Both the position numbers and the translations under genes were made by a program. Below the pieces are notes generated by a model. That model had not been told where the DNA came from. It made no database searches and was given only the letters and a program-made list of their open reading frames with translations. A DNA stretch of 64,000 bases from the human T2T-CHM13v2.0 reference genome, Homo sapiens: the NCBI RefSeq assembly GCF_009914755.1, contig NC_060926.1. One strand, written 5' to 3'. Shown one piece after another: positions 60,834 through 64,000 of this stretch. Each line of letters starts with the position of its first letter. Position 1 is the stretch's first letter.

Positions 60834-62607
60834 GAATTGGAAACACGCAAAAATAAAGTCCCAAGATGGAGTTCAGGGAAAGTGGATACTGTGTATTTAT
60901 TTGTAGAAAACTGGAAGAAACATTATGAGATTTGGGACTATAAATTTATGTTTTTCTCTTCTCTCTCTCTGTCCCTCCAAGATCCAAAACAGGACTTGGA
61001 TATCTGTTTCTCAGTTTTTGTGAGGACATTCCAGGCATTGCTGGGAAGCCATTTCCTGGATTCGAACTGACTCCTTACATACCTAAAATTCAATTGTATA
61101 AACTTTCTGGGACCTCTAAATTGTCAGAAAGTGGTCTCACTTTTCTACAGTTGAAACATTGCTGGAAATGCTCACATTCCCAGTTCTGTAGGATTTGGAA
61201 ATAAAATGGCAGCTTTTTGTGTGTGAATTAACAAGAGAAAGAAGTCCTTTCAACACAGTGGAGCAGTTTCCTGAAGTCTGTGCCTTCCACAGAATCTACC
61301 AGATCTGCGGGATGTTTATAGGTGAAACGTTGGTCAAATGAATTTGGGGATTGCAAGGTAAAACAATGTTAAGCAGTTTTTATAGGCTTTAATTTACCAG
61401 TGTCCACTGCCAGCTTGCAAGAGAGGAAAATGCTGGGCAAGCTTTCCCAAACTTGTTTGACCTTGAAACCCTGGGCTTTTCATAGACCTGGTGTTGTGTG
61501 GCGCTTACATTCGGAGCTATTACAACAGGGAAAGGACATTAGCCTGCTGCATGCACACTACGCAGAAACACCAGTCCTCCCTGACCCCATCCTATTCCTT
61601 CTCTCTGTGTCTCAATATTTTTGAAGTTTTGTTTTGGTTTGAGTAGAGACTGGGGAATTTAACTACTTTTTTTCTCTAGCAGGATTGTAACAGGAGTAGG
61701 ATCTGTTTGATACTTGCTACTCCCAGGTAAAACAAAGTAAGTTTACCTACAACATATGCCAAATTTTCTCTCTCAGCTTACATGTCAAACAGCACATAGT
61801 AAGATAGTCTTTTTACTCAGAACACATTTAGTGTGCTCTAATTCTGTGTAAGGTACCACTGGGAGGGGAGAACAGAGAGAAATAAAATATGATCCTTGAC
61901 TTAGTCAAATCATTAAATAGATGGAGTGATAAGCTTATACACAGATTACTACAAGATCCCTTATACAGATAAATAATGGTCATACTAGATTTAGTCATCA
62001 TAACTGAAATAATAGGGTTTAGTTTATGTGGAGCAAGGCCATGGAAACTATCCATGGAAAAAGAAACTAATAGCCTTACAGAAACTCTGTTATAGTGGCA
62101 TCCATTGTTAGAGCATTTCACCTTATTTAAAAAAAAAAAGAAAAAGTCAATGGCAAAGAATATCTGTCTGTATTAATTCTGGAAAGTGACATTCTTGATG
62201 AAACTAAGTGAACAATATTAATAATGCTTCTCTTTAGATAATTTTTCTGCATTTTAGGAGATGGACCATATAATTCATAGTTTTGACTCAAAAAGTAATG
62301 TCTCTATTTAGGTATTAATAAGGATATGATCCCTTACAAGGGATACATATTATTTCCACTTCATGAAAACAACAGGGGCTCAGAGAATAAGCTTGTTTAA
62401 TAGCTTGTAAAGGGCAGGCTTGGAATTCAAATCCAGTTCTGTCTGGCCCCAAATTGTTATTTTTGTTTCCCTTTTTGTGGGGCAGAGTAATTTTAGAAAA
62501 TGTTTGCGTACTTTCTGATTTCTATAGCCTAAAAATATGATGCCAAAGAAAAATGAGGAAAACAGCTTTCCTGAGCTTTAGAGAATTACACATACACAAA
62601 TAGGAGA

Positions 62608-62722
62608 CTATAAGCTTTGTGAGAGCAGAAACCTCAAGGCCATATCTGTTCTCTTTGCCACACTAAGCACAGAGCTTAGCACATACCTGGCATATAGATC
62701 CTCATTAAAGATTTGCTCAATG
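62608..62722 (+). mobile_element. L2 3' end
   Basis: 'actataagctttgtgagagcagaaacc...cttagcacatacctggcatatag'. Confidence 0.75.
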
Positions 62723-63219
62723 AGGCACATATGAATGATAGTGTTTGAGATTAGGTGGTAGGCACTCATGAAAACTTTCAATATCTTCTTGTATTTTTTG
62801 CAAGATAGTCCACAGTTTTGAATCTGCAAAGGAGAAATAAGATTAAGGTTAATGCAGGCCATTTGAAAGTATGCCTTACCTCCTCATGAAATGGTCTGAA
62901 TCTGATCAAGGGCAATTTTCACATTTGTGATTGTACTTTCCAGTTAAAACTCAATAATTAATTAATCATATTGTGAGTCAATTTGTGGATGATTGAGAAC
63001 CTTCCCCTGCGTAGTTGTTTGGTCATTCCCCAACAAATTCATTCCCTGAAAATGGCTAAAAAAATTAGGCTTGAAGTAAAACTAGATTTGAAGGCAACGA
63101 CTAAATCTTCTTTATATCTGTATTCCTAGAACACATTCCTAGAATATATTGTGCTTTATAATAAGAGCACAATATATTTTGAACTAGGAAGGAAGAAAAA
63201 AGAAAGGGTAGCAAAAAGG

Positions 63220-63372
63220 AAGAAAAATGAGAGTTAGGAATCTTGGATTTAAGCCTTGGGTTGACAATGTGAATTTGGGCCAGTCATTTCTTCATTTTGT
63301 TTCTCAGTTTCCCTTTTTGGAAGCCAGAGGAGTTGACCTAGTTGACCACTAACACACCTCCAGATTCTAATT
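63220..63372 (+). mobile_element. MIR3
   Basis: 'tgtgaatttgggccagtcatttc...ctcagtttccc...ggagttgacctag...ccagattcta'. Confidence 0.6.
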
Positions 63373-63431
63373 GCCTGTGGAAGAGAGACTGGGGTCATTC
63401 TTGGTATAAACATGCCCATGCTTCCTTTTTT

Positions 63432-63446
63432 CCACTAGGGGGCACT
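63432..63446 (+). promoter_or_regulatory. Strong CTCF motif (forward)
   Basis: CCACTAGGGGGCACT matches the core consensus CCASYAGRKGGCRS exactly. Confidence 0.7.
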
Positions 63447-63749
63447 GTAGTACTAGCGCAGTGGCCTCCATCTTCCAATTTATTCAATTCTGTTGACAGT
63501 ATTTTTCCTGTTTTAGTCCCCTGGAAAACATTCTTTACCTTTAACTTTCAAACTCAAATTTACACTACAAAGTATGAGATTTAATTTGGTAAGGAAAGCT
63601 GGATAAACATAGGAAGAATGTAGTTCAATGATTTATATTGCTTAAAAGAGAAATTAGAATCACAGAGCTATTTGCATAGTTAGGTTATAACACGTTAAGA
63701 TTTTCTGTGGTCCAAAAGGGGGGCTTTGAAACTCTTTTAAAGGAAAACA

Positions 63750-64000
63750 AAGTGGAAAAAATTGTAATTACCAGAATAACAAAAACATAAACTTAATAAG
63801 TATGTCAAATCTATGTGAAGACAACTATAAAATTGCCAAGGCTTAAACAGAGATATACCATGTTCTTGGATAAGAACACTCGGCATTTAAAAATTTTTTA
63901 ATTATTCCCCAAATATATTCATAAATATAATACAATTCCAATGGAAATGCCAATGGAATTTTTTTTGAAACTTTACAAAAGAGTTCTGAAGTTCCTTGAG
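63750..64000 (+). mobile_element. Old L1M ORF2 fragment
   Basis: 'agagatataccatgttcttggataagaacactc', 'aatacaattccaatggaaatgccaatggaattttttttgaaactt'. Confidence 0.75.

Overview
Primate (almost certainly human) non-coding genomic DNA. It is very repeat-rich (about 30 Alu/monomer copies, old L1M, L2, MIR, ERV/MaLR solo LTRs, hAT and Tigger MITEs). It has no CpG island and no convincing protein-coding exon; most listed ORFs are Alu or L1 read-throughs. The one gene I recognise is a near-perfect 76-nt hairpin at 42092-42167. Its minus-strand arms match the mature sequences I recall for hsa-miR-6512-5p and -3p. From memory (unverified here) that would place the window at 2q31.2, upstream of NFE2L2 (NRF2) towards AGPS, inside a minus-strand lncRNA (LOC100130691). 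A minus-strand poly(A) signal at about 11.8 kb, a strong minus-strand acceptor at about 16.1 kb and a 180-aa ORF between them fit that picture. Best leads: the miRNA hairpin appears to have arisen by inverted duplication inside a fragmented LTR33; divergent CTCF motifs at 60.8 and 63.4 kb; a GATA cluster at 12.6-13.3 kb; ARE- and CARE-like motifs; an unexplained ~165-bp local duplication; a 20-bp TSD-flanked micro-insertion; closely spaced inverted Alus. I found no evidence for a new multi-gene system. Repeat subfamily names are by-eye recognition and boundaries are approximate.
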